Translations under genes and position numbers: made by a program
The notes under the pieces: generated by a model
The model's input: only the letters and a program-made list of their open reading frames with translations
The model's database searches: none
Told to the model about the DNA's origin: nothing
DNA from: Polyangiaceae bacterium
Lineage (GTDB): Bacteria > Myxococcota_A > Polyangia > Polyangiales > Polyangiaceae
DNA: 64,000 bases
Assembly (NCBI GenBank): GCA_050287085.1
Contig: JBNKBE010000004.1
Span: forward strand, 192,288-256,287
Reading direction: 5' to 3'
In this document: positions 1-9,158 of the stretch, piece after piece
Numbering within the stretch: the first letter of the stretch is position 1
Layout of the letters: the number at the start of each line of letters is the position of its first letter

Positions 1-1990
1 CCAGGCAGCCTTCCGGGATGGCATGCGACGTTGCATGGCCATGGTTTTGGAAGCCGAATCGAAGGCACCCGCCAGCGTCGAGGCAGCCGTGGCGTTGGCC
101 AGGCGGGCTGTCGACGGCGTCGAGGGCCACCGGGCTCCACGACCCGTGGTGATGCGCGACGTCGAAGCCGAGGGCGACGGCCTCGCCCTAAGCGCTTCAA
201 TCACCTTGGACGTACCCACCCCGGCGCGGCCGGTGCAGAGCTTGATCGAACGCGCTGATCTCCACGTGCTCCTAGGGGTCGGGCGGGTTTGTTTGCGAGT
301 GGGCTCCAAAAGCATCCTCTGCCCGGCCGCTCAGATCTTTCTCGACGCCGAACGGTTGCTCACCCTGGCGCATGAGGCTCAGGACGCCAGCGAGATGCGG
401 GCCCTGACCTTCCGCCGCATTCAGCTCTCCCAGGCGCGGGTGACGCTGCGAACGCTGCATCGAGAGCCTCCTGAGGGCCACCTCGATGCGCCGGCGGGAA
501 GTGGGCAGGCGACGCCCGGGGCGATGATCGAAGTGCGCGTCCTCGGCGTTGGCAGTGAGTCGGCGCCGGTCGCATTGGCTCACGTATCGGCTTCTGCATT
601 CGTCGAGACCGTTGTTGCCTTCTGCTTGGCGCTGGGCGACGTGCTTCTCGACAACGACCCGGCGCAGGTCCACAACCTGCGTCTTTCCAACTTTCTCCGC
701 GACGGGCGTGCTCTGCGAGAACGTCTGGGGCGGCGAGAGGCAGAGGGGGCGCTCTGCAATCCCGACCCGGAGAGCTACCGTCGTTTCGTTCCCCGCCTGC
801 GACGCACGCGAGGTGTGTGGGACTCCGGGGGTCGCATGCGCTTTGCGGCCCGCTGGGTGGCCACCATGCCCGCCATCGACTTGGCCGCGACATTTCTATG
901 CGGCGACCACCTCATGGTCGGCGGTGCCCATGAAACAGCCTGCCTCGAGCGGCGTTCGGGCACTGTGCTTTGGAAGCGACCCCTTCGCCCGGCCGCTTCG
1001 GTGGTCACTCCAGCCGGCTTGGTACGAATCGAACCTGACGGAATCTTGACTTCGCACGACCTGCTCACAGGGCAGCCTCGTTTCGTCCAACAGGTTGCGC
1101 CTCGCGGCAGCGGGCGGGCCAGCGGCTCTGCGATCTTCGGCGCCGGGTTACCCAGGCTATTGGCGCTGACCGAAGGCGACCGTCAGGTTTCGGCCATCGA
1201 TCTTGGCTCGGGTGAAGTGCGATGGCGCTATACGAGCCGGCATGAGGGTAACTTTCGTCTGCGGCGCTCCGGCCGCCTGCTCTTTGTCGCAGGGGGAGCT
1301 CCGGTGATCGTGGCGCTCGACGCGGTTAGCGGAGAAGTCGTCTGGCGCATCACTGGTAGCGCACCGTTTCTCGGCGAGCTGGCCGTCGATCGCGATAGTG
1401 CCTACGCTCTCAGCGGTTCGGGGGGCGATTTCGAGGTACTGCAGCTCGACCCGTTTACGGGACGGACAGGGTGGCGAGTCCAACTGCCCGAGCGTGCGCT
1501 AACAGCTCGCGGGCCACTGCTGACGCCGAAGGCGGTGGTGGTGATCACGTGTGAGGACGAGGGACTTGGCGCGGTGGCCTTCGACCGCGCAACCGGACGG
1601 GTGCTTTGGGAACAAGTACCGGGTCTCGTGGCTCGCGAGACAGCGTTCTTGGCGGTGGATGATTGCATCATCGCCAATAGCGCCGCCGGTGTGTTGCTCG
1701 GCGTGGACGCGGGCAACGGTCACGTCCGATACAATCACGTATTCGGCTCAGCGACGGAGGGTGATCAGCCTCGACGGCTGGAGCCGGTCTTGCGCAACGG
1801 GGCCCTATTTGTGCCGCAGTGCCAGGTGCATGTAGTTCGGCCTCGGGATGGCGAGCTGCTCGGGACTTTGCCTTCAGACCTAGTGCCGGACTTGGTGCGC
1901 GTGGATGAGAACTGCCACGTCTACGTGGCTGAAGAGAGCGGTCACTTGGCTGCGTTTGGTGCGGCTCCTAGGCTTGCGCTCGTGTCCTAG
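1..1990 (+). CDS. PQQ-like beta-propeller repeat protein, probably 5'-truncated by the window edge
   Basis: Frame is open from base 2 to the stop at 1990; C-terminal half has repeated 'A(L/I)DxxxGxxxW' units (AIDLGSGEVRW, ALDAVSGEVVW, AFDRATGRVLW). Confidence 0.75.
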   Translation, partial: QAAFRDGMRRCMAMVLEAESKAPASVEAAVALARRAVDGVEGHRAPRPVVMRDVEAEGDGLALSASITLDVPTPARPVQSLIERADLHVLLGVGRVCLRVGSKSILCPAAQIFLDAERLLTLAHEAQDASEMRALTFRRIQLSQARVTLRTLHREPPEGHLDAPAGSGQATPGAMIEVRVLGVGSESAPVALAHVSASAFVETVVAFCLALGDVLLDNDPAQVHNLRLSNFLRDGRALRERLGRREAEGALCNPDPESYRRFVPRLRRTRGVWDSGGRMRFAARWVATMPAIDLAATFLCGDHLMVGGAHETACLERRSGTVLWKRPLRPAASVVTPAGLVRIEPDGILTSHDLLTGQPRFVQQVAPRGSGRASGSAIFGAGLPRLLALTEGDRQVSAIDLGSGEVRWRYTSRHEGNFRLRRSGRLLFVAGGAPVIVALDAVSGEVVWRITGSAPFLGELAVDRDSAYALSGSGGDFEVLQLDPFTGRTGWRVQLPERALTARGPLLTPKAVVVITCEDEGLGAVAFDRATGRVLWEQVPGLVARETAFLAVDDCIIANSAAGVLLGVDAGNGHVRYNHVFGSATEGDQPRRLEPVLRNGALFVPQCQVHVVRPRDGELLGTLPSDLVPDLVRVDENCHVYVAEESGHLAAFGAAPRLALVS

Positions 1991-4020
1991 CGTTGGGCCG
2001 GCGCCTCACCGCTCAGGACTTCGAGCAGTTCGAGCTCCGACAATAACCGAACCCCGAGTTTCTTCGCTTTCTTGGTTTTTGCACTTTCAGAAGACGGATC
2101 TGCAATCACCAGGTAGGTCAGTCCCTCGGCCACTTTGTCGACGAGCTTGATGCCCGCGGCGGCCAGGGGCTCCTCGTAGTCCTTCTTCTTTTTTCCGCTC
2201 GGTAGCCGGCCGCTGATGCAGAGGGTCGGCTGGCTTGTCGTCTCCGCGGCGGCGGCAGCTGCACCTGGGCCGGTGATGGTCACCCCCCGCTCTAGGAGCT
2301 TGGCGATTAGGGGCGCTTGCTGGTCCAGGGCGTCTTGGATCAACATCCCCAGATTGGGGACCCCGACGCGGGCCGAGAAGTCAGTGTCGCGGAGTTTGCC
2401 CTCCTGCCATTGCTCCAAGGTGTCGAGCTCCCCACGCGCGGCTTGGATCATCATCTCCACGCGGCGCTTCCCCAAGCGATCGAGACCGAGCGAACCGAGC
2501 AGCTCCACGAGCGTGAGCTGCTTTCTCGCTTCCAGGTTCTGCAGAATGGAAGTTGCTCGCTTCTCGCCCAGATGTAGGTCCGCGTCAACGTTGATGGTGA
2601 GCGAAGCCAGAGCGTCTTTGCGATGCTCTAGGGCATATAGATCCGCTGCGTCTTCAACCTGTAGCTCGGATACGAGCGCGCGCAGAACGACATCGCCGAT
2701 GCCCTGGATATCCAGCGCTTTGACCCACCGTTTGATCTTGCCCAACGACTTGGCGTCGCAGTCGTCGTTGGCGCACTCGAGCACCACGCCCGCGTCTCCG
2801 CCTGTGTTCACTCGACGGCGAACGTCTCCGCCGCACGCGGGGCATAGGACGGGTATCGCGATCGGACGACGGCTTTCCGGACGAACTACAACGTGGGTGA
2901 TCTTGGGAATGATATCGTTGGCCTTGATCAGCCAAACCCGATCGCCCACGGCCACGTTCAAACGCTCGATTTCATCCCAATTGTTGAGCAGGGCGTTTTG
3001 CACGGTGGTTCCCCCAATCTCAACGGGGGCCAGGTGCGCGGTCGGGATCAGCGCGCCGGTATGTCCCACTGAAACGGAGTAGTCGAGCAGCTCCGTTTCG
3101 GCCCCTTGGGAGTCGAACTTCCAGGCCACTTGGCCCTTTGGACGATTGGCAACGACGCCGAGTGCACGTTGCAAAGCCAAGTCCTCCACCTTGAACACGA
3201 CGCCGTCGATCCACATCGGCAGCTTCTGTCTGGTAGCTGTTACATGCTCGAAATAGGCGGCGGCGGCCTCCAGCGAGGGGCAGAGCCGGTTCGGAATGAC
3301 GTTGAAGCCAAGTGTTTGGAGGCGTTCGACCTTGGCGGTTTCGGTTTCGAGCGGAGGCGCTTCGGGCGTGCGGTCATCGATATCAAACGCGAAGGCCGTC
3401 AGGCGCTCAGCTTCCGCGCCATTCTTTCGTCCCATGATCCCGTTGCCTCGATTTCTGGGATTCTTGCTCTGCTCTGGATCGATCGCGCTCCAGTCGCTGA
3501 CGAGCAGAATGACCTCAAAGCGCACGGCGCCCGTAAATCCTCGGCCATCTGAGTCGTGGGCGCGCAGCGGCAGGCCACGAAACTTCGCTGCGTTGGCGGA
3601 GATGTCCTCGCCCTCGAAGCCGTCTCCTCGCGTGATCGCTTGAACTAGACTGCCGTCCGAATAATACGCGGCAGCGCTGGCGCCATCCCCCTTGAGGCTG
3701 GCATGCAGCGCCGGCCGAGTATCGATCTCGGCCGTCTGGCGGTTGATGGTGGTGTACCAAGTCTCGAGTTCGGCCAGGCTGTTAACCTTGTTCTGGCTTC
3801 CCATCGGCATGGTGTGCTGTGCCTTTGCCAGAATTGAATCAGCGGGCACTGGCGCCCCGACCATCGCCAGCACTGGGGATTTCGGAGCCAGCGAGCGCAA
3901 CTCGTCTTCGCGGGCGTCGTACTCCTGGTCGCTGAGGATCGGGCTGTCGCCGTGGTAATACGCCTGCTTCGCTTTTAGCAGGATATTCTCCAACTCCGTG
4001 ACGCGCGCATTGGGCTTCAT
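1987..4020 (-). CDS. ligA: NAD-dependent DNA ligase (divergent)
   Basis: N-terminal YY..SDQEYD (domain Ia), KGDG adenylation motif, TRGDG.EGED, NPRN, IDGVVFK, OB fold, C4 zinc finger (CPAC..CANDDC), HhH, C-terminal BRCT-like region. Confidence 0.92.
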   Translation of the reverse strand: MKPNARVTELENILLKAKQAYYHGDSPILSDQEYDAREDELRSLAPKSPVLAMVGAPVPADSILAKAQHTMPMGSQNKVNSLAELETWYTTINRQTAEIDTRPALHASLKGDGASAAAYYSDGSLVQAITRGDGFEGEDISANAAKFRGLPLRAHDSDGRGFTGAVRFEVILLVSDWSAIDPEQSKNPRNRGNGIMGRKNGAEAERLTAFAFDIDDRTPEAPPLETETAKVERLQTLGFNVIPNRLCPSLEAAAAYFEHVTATRQKLPMWIDGVVFKVEDLALQRALGVVANRPKGQVAWKFDSQGAETELLDYSVSVGHTGALIPTAHLAPVEIGGTTVQNALLNNWDEIERLNVAVGDRVWLIKANDIIPKITHVVVRPESRRPIAIPVLCPACGGDVRRRVNTGGDAGVVLECANDDCDAKSLGKIKRWVKALDIQGIGDVVLRALVSELQVEDAADLYALEHRKDALASLTINVDADLHLGEKRATSILQNLEARKQLTLVELLGSLGLDRLGKRRVEMMIQAARGELDTLEQWQEGKLRDTDFSARVGVPNLGMLIQDALDQQAPLIAKLLERGVTITGPGAAAAAAETTSQPTLCISGRLPSGKKKKDYEEPLAAAGIKLVDKVAEGLTYLVIADPSSESAKTKKAKKLGVRLLSELELLEVLSGEAPAQR

Positions 4021-4219
4021 ACTCGCGCTTGTTTACTGTGCGACTTTGCGGTGCAAAAGGAGTGGTCGGCGGCCATGAGGCCGGTCGACCGAGAGCCCGC
4101 TTTGGAGGCCTGCAAGAGCGAGATAGCGGAGCTCCGGGCCGGGGCTCGCTCCCCGCGACTGGTTAACCGGCGGCCTCAGTTCCAAGACGGGAGCGACCCC
4201 ACGTTGGCCGGGCGAGGAT

Positions 4220-4248
4220 TTGACAGGGTGAGGTCTCGGTTGTAACCC
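4220..4248 (+). promoter_or_regulatory. Possible sigma70-type promoter for topA
   Basis: Perfect TTGACA at 4220-4225, 17-nt spacer, weak -10 TAACCC, about 40 nt before the topA start. Confidence 0.3.
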
Positions 4249-4285
4249 AACGCGGCTTTCCCCACCCTCGCCAAAGGTTCCCATC

Positions 4286-7069
4286 GTGAGCGCAGCCAAG
4301 TCGTTGGTCATCGTCGAGTCCCCCGCCAAAGCCAAGACCATTGCGGGCTTTTTGGGCTCGAAATATATCGTGGAGTCGTCCATTGGCCACGTTCGCGATC
4401 TACCCCGAAACGCTGGCGCAGTTCCGGCCGCCTATAAGAAGACGAGCTGGGGGCGTCTAGGAGTTGATGTCGACAATGACTTCAAGCCCTTATACGTCGT
4501 AGACGCCGACAAGAAAGACCACATCAAGCGCTTGCAGGCCCTGGTCAAGGACGCCTCTGAACTCTATCTGGCGACCGACGAGGACCGCGAGGGGGAATCG
4601 ATCGCTTGGCACCTCCTGGAGGTGTTGAAGCCCAAGATTCCGGTTCGGCGCATGGCCTTCCACGAGATCACGAAGAAGGCGATTCAACAGGCGATTCAGA
4701 ATCCCCGGGAAATCGATCGTCGCTTGGTGGACGCCCAGGAGGCACGCCGTATTCTCGATCGTCTTTACGGCTACGAGGTTTCCCCCGTTCTTTGGAAGAA
4801 GGTGATGCCGAAGCTCTCGGCAGGGCGGGTGCAGAGCGTGGCGACCCGCATCGTCGTCAACCGAGAGGCGGAGCGAATGGCGTTCGTTCCGGCGGGTTAC
4901 TGGGACATCACCGGTCAGTTTTCGACCGAGCAAGGGGACTTCGAAGCCGCCCTGAGCACTGTCGATGGGGAACGGGTTGCAAGCGGCAAGGACTTTGACG
5001 CTCGCGGTCAGCTCGAGCGGGAGGGGGTGCGCCGGCTGTCGGAGGCGCAGGCCAAGGAGCTCGCTCTTGCGCTCCAAGGCGTCCCTTTTGTAGTCACCGG
5101 GCTCGAGGAAAAGCCGAATCGTCGCTCCCCTGCTCCCCCTTTCATGACTTCGACCTTGCAGCAGGAGGCCGGGCGCAAATTGCGAATGAGCTCGTCCCGT
5201 GCGATGCGTGCTGCGCAGACGCTCTACGAGCGAGGCTTCATCACCTACATGCGTACCGACAGCACCACGCTTTCGGAAGCCGCCATCACGGCGTCACGCA
5301 CGCTGATAGCCAAGCAATACGGTCCGGACTACCTGCCCGCGAAGCCGCGCCTGTACAAGAATAAGGTCAAGAACGCACAGGAAGCGCACGAGGCGATCCG
5401 TCCCGCGGGTGACGAGTTTCAGATGCCTGCAGCGGTGGCCCAACAAGTCGGGGCCGATGAGGCTCGGCTTTACGAGCTGATTTGGAAGCGCACCGTGGCC
5501 TGCCAGATGGAAGACGCGCGGGGACAGAGCGTCAAATTGACGGTCTCGGCCAAGGCGTTGGGACAAGACGTCGACTTTTCCGTGACGGGCAACACCATCA
5601 CCTTTCCAGGTTTTCTCCGTGCCTACGTCGAAGGTAGCGATGATCCAGAGGCGGAGCTGGAGGGGCGGGAGAAGCACCTGCCCGCGGTGGTCAAGGGGCA
5701 ATCGGTACAGGCGAAGACGCTCGAAGCACTCTCCCACGAGACGCAGCCACCAGCCCGGTTCACGGAAGCGTCGCTCGTCAAGCGTCTCGAAGAGCTCGGG
5801 GTTGGGCGGCCATCGACCTATGCGTCGATCATCTCGACCATTATCAATCGGGGCTACGTCTGGAAGAAAGGCACAGCGCTCGTTCCGAGCTTCAAGGCAT
5901 TTGCCGTCAATCGCTTGCTCGAGAAGCATTTTGGGGCGCTTGTTGACTACTCCTTCACCGCCAAGATGGAGGACGAATTGGACGCAATCGCCGCTGGCAG
6001 CGAGGAGGCGACGCCCTGGCTACGGCGCTTCTACTTTGGCTCAGAGCAGCAAAGCGAGAGCCACAACGGCCTTTCGGGCGGGCTGCGTTCACTGGTTGCC
6101 GAGCGGCTCGAAGAGATAGACGCTCGCGCCATCAACTCGCTGCATCTGGGGGTGGATCCGCAGGGCGATGATATCGTGGTGCGCGTCGGCCGCTATGGGC
6201 CCTACCTGCAGCGTGGCGAAGACACGGCCAATGTTCCCGAAGATCTGCCCCCTGATGAGCTGACCGTTCCAAAGGCGGTCGAGTTGCTGGCGCAGCCGAG
6301 TGGCGACCGCTTGCTCGGCACCGATCCGGATTCGGGCCTTCCGGTCTATGCACGTTCCGGGCGTTTTGGTAGCTACGTTCAGCTGGGAGAGGCCGGAGGC
6401 AAAGAGAAGCCGCGAACGGGCTCGCTGCTCAAGAGCATGAGCATCGACACGGTCACGCTGGACGAGGCTGTGCAGATGCTTTCCCTGCCCCGCCTCATCG
6501 GGCAACATCCGGAAAGCGGCGATCCTATCACCGCACAGCTGGGGCGCTTTGGGCCCTACATCACTCACGGCACCGACAGTCGCAGTCTAGAGAGCGAACA
6601 GGAGGTCTTTTCGACGACGCTCGAACAGGCCTTGGCACTGCTCAAGCAGCCGAAGCAGCGCGGCCAGCGCGCGGCAAAGCCTCCCCTCAAGGAACTCGGC
6701 CCGGATGCCGTGTCGGGCAAGCCTATTGTGGTCAAAGAGGGTCGCTTTGGCCCCTACGTGACCGACGGCGAAGTCAATGCTTCGCTGCGCAAGGACGACG
6801 ACATCGAGACCTTGACGCAGGCGCGGGCCGAAGAACTCCTCCAGGCGCGGCGCGAACGGGCGCCGGTGCGCAAGAAGACGACCAAGAAGAAAGCAGCCAA
6901 GAAAGCCACGGCCCAGAAGGTCGCCAAGAAAGCCACGGCCAAGAAGGTTGCCAAGAAAGCTGCCGCCAAGAAGGCCACGGCCAAGAAGGTCACCAAGAAA
7001 GCCACCGCTAAGAAAGCGGCGAAGAAGAAGGCGACCAAGAAGAGCCCCCCCACGAGCGGCGAGCCCTGA
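4286..7069 (+). CDS. topA: DNA topoisomerase I (type IA) with C-terminal repeats and Lys/Ala-rich tail
   Basis: IVESPAKAKTI, ATDEDREGE (Toprim), SAGRVQS, ITYMRTDS (catalytic Tyr), QEAHEAIRP, GRPSTY; four GR(Y/F)G(P/S)Y repeats; KKATAKK tail. Confidence 0.97.
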   Translation: MSAAKSLVIVESPAKAKTIAGFLGSKYIVESSIGHVRDLPRNAGAVPAAYKKTSWGRLGVDVDNDFKPLYVVDADKKDHIKRLQALVKDASELYLATDEDREGESIAWHLLEVLKPKIPVRRMAFHEITKKAIQQAIQNPREIDRRLVDAQEARRILDRLYGYEVSPVLWKKVMPKLSAGRVQSVATRIVVNREAERMAFVPAGYWDITGQFSTEQGDFEAALSTVDGERVASGKDFDARGQLEREGVRRLSEAQAKELALALQGVPFVVTGLEEKPNRRSPAPPFMTSTLQQEAGRKLRMSSSRAMRAAQTLYERGFITYMRTDSTTLSEAAITASRTLIAKQYGPDYLPAKPRLYKNKVKNAQEAHEAIRPAGDEFQMPAAVAQQVGADEARLYELIWKRTVACQMEDARGQSVKLTVSAKALGQDVDFSVTGNTITFPGFLRAYVEGSDDPEAELEGREKHLPAVVKGQSVQAKTLEALSHETQPPARFTEASLVKRLEELGVGRPSTYASIISTIINRGYVWKKGTALVPSFKAFAVNRLLEKHFGALVDYSFTAKMEDELDAIAAGSEEATPWLRRFYFGSEQQSESHNGLSGGLRSLVAERLEEIDARAINSLHLGVDPQGDDIVVRVGRYGPYLQRGEDTANVPEDLPPDELTVPKAVELLAQPSGDRLLGTDPDSGLPVYARSGRFGSYVQLGEAGGKEKPRTGSLLKSMSIDTVTLDEAVQMLSLPRLIGQHPESGDPITAQLGRFGPYITHGTDSRSLESEQEVFSTTLEQALALLKQPKQRGQRAAKPPLKELGPDAVSGKPIVVKEGRFGPYVTDGEVNASLRKDDDIETLTQARAEELLQARRERAPVRKKTTKKKAAKKATAQKVAKKATAKKVAKKAAAKKATAKKVTKKATAKKAAKKKATKKSPPTSGEP
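6872..7041 (+). repeat. Low-complexity coding repeat (KKxxA units) in the TopA tail
   Basis: Recurrent aagaaagccacggccaagaagg-like units encoding KKATAKKVAKKAAAKK. Confidence 0.85.
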
Positions 7070-7072
7070 GCT

Positions 7073-7753
7073 GTGACGACGAGCCCCCTGATAGGCCTAT
7101 CGGTGTGCCTCGATGCGGGGCGCCGGCTGCGCGCAGGCCGAGACTACTTGTACGTGGCTCGAGCCTACGGACGAGCCGTTGAGCGTGCAGGCGGCAGTCC
7201 TGTGCTGCTCACGCCCGAGACTCGAGTGGAAACCTTCGAGCGATTCGACGGCATCATCATCACGGGGGGCGACGATCTTCCGACTTCTTTTTCCGCTCCG
7301 GAGCCAGGTCCGGCGCTTGGCGCGCCTGAGGATCCGCAGAGGATAGCCTGGGATCGTCGCCTGCTCGATGGTTTGCTGGGGCGCCGTCCCGTTCTTGGTA
7401 TTTGTTACGGCATGCAGTTGCTCAATCTGCACCTGGGCGGCACGCTCTATCGCTCCCTGGCGGAGAGTGTTCCGGGCGCCTTGGACCACGGCGGTGGCGG
7501 TCGGCTTACGACCCATCGCGCGCGCCGGCTCGTAGCTGATCCGTCGCTCGGAACGTTGCCCGAGGAGTTCTCAATCAACTCGTGTCACGGTCAAGCGGTC
7601 GCGAGCCTTGCGCAGGGGCTGAGAGCGACCGCACGATCGGAAGACGGAGTTATTGAGGCGTATGCAGGTGCGGGGGCAGTCGGAATCGAGTGGCATCCTG
7701 AGACCGATCCCACGAGCGCTACAATATTCGATGCCTTCGTCGCCGCTTGTTAG
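7073..7753 (+). CDS. Class I glutamine amidotransferase / peptidase C26 (PuuD-like gamma-glutamyl hydrolase)
   Basis: GIIITGGDD, GICYGMQ nucleophile Cys, WHPE. Confidence 0.88.
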   Translation: MTTSPLIGLSVCLDAGRRLRAGRDYLYVARAYGRAVERAGGSPVLLTPETRVETFERFDGIIITGGDDLPTSFSAPEPGPALGAPEDPQRIAWDRRLLDGLLGRRPVLGICYGMQLLNLHLGGTLYRSLAESVPGALDHGGGGRLTTHRARRLVADPSLGTLPEEFSINSCHGQAVASLAQGLRATARSEDGVIEAYAGAGAVGIEWHPETDPTSATIFDAFVAAC

Positions 7754-7805
7754 GGCCCGGATGGCATAGTCAGTCGTGAGCCGGTCGAGACAGCCGTGAG
7801 CGTGC

Positions 7806-9158
7806 CTACTGAGCACCTGAGGCTCTGTGTTTTGGCGTCCGGCATTCACTTCCGTCTGGCGAGGGCGCCTCTCGGCGAATGATGCGGACGGCTTCGCGCG
7901 CGCCGTGTTTTGGCAAGCGAAGGTAACCGGACCATGCGGCCGCAGCCAAGGTGCCGTCCTCCAGCCATTCTTCGATCCAGCCCAAGGCCCAGTCCGCCCG
8001 GAGTTGCTTCAGTCCAATGCCCTGCTCGCGAAGAAAGCTTCGATTGTAGCGCTCGTGGGCCCCCACAGGAGGCGACAGGATGCACGGGACGCCCACCGCT
8101 GGGTAGAAGCTCATTTCGCTGGGTTTGGTCCACAAGATATCCGTGCGCAAGAAAGCGCGATTCTGAGCCTCGTAGTACTCCCGAAATGTGGGCGCGAAGA
8201 GAATGTGCACTTCTCTGCCCAGGCAGCGCTTCAAGCCGCATTCTTCGAGGGCGCAGGTGAACGCGTCCAAGACCTCAGGGCGCGTCCCGGCGGCGAGCTG
8301 GAGCATGAGCTCACCCGCCACGATACGGGGGCGGAGTGAAGGTAGGAATTGGCGAACCATCTCGGCCTGCGCGCCCGCTCCGCCCACTGCAAACATCAGC
8401 GCTATGGGTTCAGGTTTCGCCTGCGGTCCGGGGCTACTCAGCAACCAGTCGACCTCGTTGTGGTGTAGGCGTCGAAAGTTACCGCGCGGATCCAGTCTTT
8501 GTAGCCGACCGGCAAGGCGAGCTCTGGGGCTGGTGACATCGTTTTCCTCGGTCAAGCTCGGAGGCAAAGGGAAACCCGCCAGATGAATGTTGCCCGGGGG
8601 GACGCCAAAGGACTGCAGGCGGCGCACGACGCGATGGGTCGGTGCGATGTATTGAATGCGGGTCTGCTGGGCGTCCAGCGGAGCCCAGATGCGGTTGCAG
8701 TCCGCGTCGGTGACCACACAATACACATGCTCAATCCCTGCCCGATCCGCGACCAAAGCGGGCGCGTAGAAGGTCGTTACCAGCGGCGCTCCCGTAGCCT
8801 GTAGCTCTTGGATCATGCCGCGTCCAAGCCCCCTCTGAATCAACTGATCCAAGAGTCGTACCGACCAAGTAGCGGCGCTGTGATCCCGGGCTTCATGCAA
8901 GGGGGGGATCATGGTCACGGCGTCCATCAAACGCCGAGTCGGCTTATCCAATAGCCCGAGGCCGCGGATCGGCTTCGAGAGCAACTCATGAGCGCGACGA
9001 ACCCACTCCCAAAGGCGCACCTCACCCGGCTCGGCGAGCGGCGGGCGGTCCACGGACTTCACCTCGGCCCCCAGGAGATCGGCGATCGGATAAGCGGCAC
9101 GCAAGTGGCCGTACCCCATGGTAACGCTCGCAACGAGCGGAGTCGGAGCCGCGTTCAT
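7806..9158 (-). CDS. GT-B fold glycosyltransferase-like protein (MGDG-synthase/UgtP-like)
   Basis: N-terminal MGYGHLRAA, VVTD, GFP, GGAG, DILWTKPSE, HERYN; coupled to the upstream GT. Confidence 0.6.
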   Translation of the reverse strand: MNAAPTPLVASVTMGYGHLRAAYPIADLLGAEVKSVDRPPLAEPGEVRLWEWVRRAHELLSKPIRGLGLLDKPTRRLMDAVTMIPPLHEARDHSAATWSVRLLDQLIQRGLGRGMIQELQATGAPLVTTFYAPALVADRAGIEHVYCVVTDADCNRIWAPLDAQQTRIQYIAPTHRVVRRLQSFGVPPGNIHLAGFPLPPSLTEENDVTSPRARLAGRLQRLDPRGNFRRLHHNEVDWLLSSPGPQAKPEPIALMFAVGGAGAQAEMVRQFLPSLRPRIVAGELMLQLAAGTRPEVLDAFTCALEECGLKRCLGREVHILFAPTFREYYEAQNRAFLRTDILWTKPSEMSFYPAVGVPCILSPPVGAHERYNRSFLREQGIGLKQLRADWALGWIEEWLEDGTLAAAAWSGYLRLPKHGAREAVRIIRREAPSPDGSECRTPKHRASGAQ

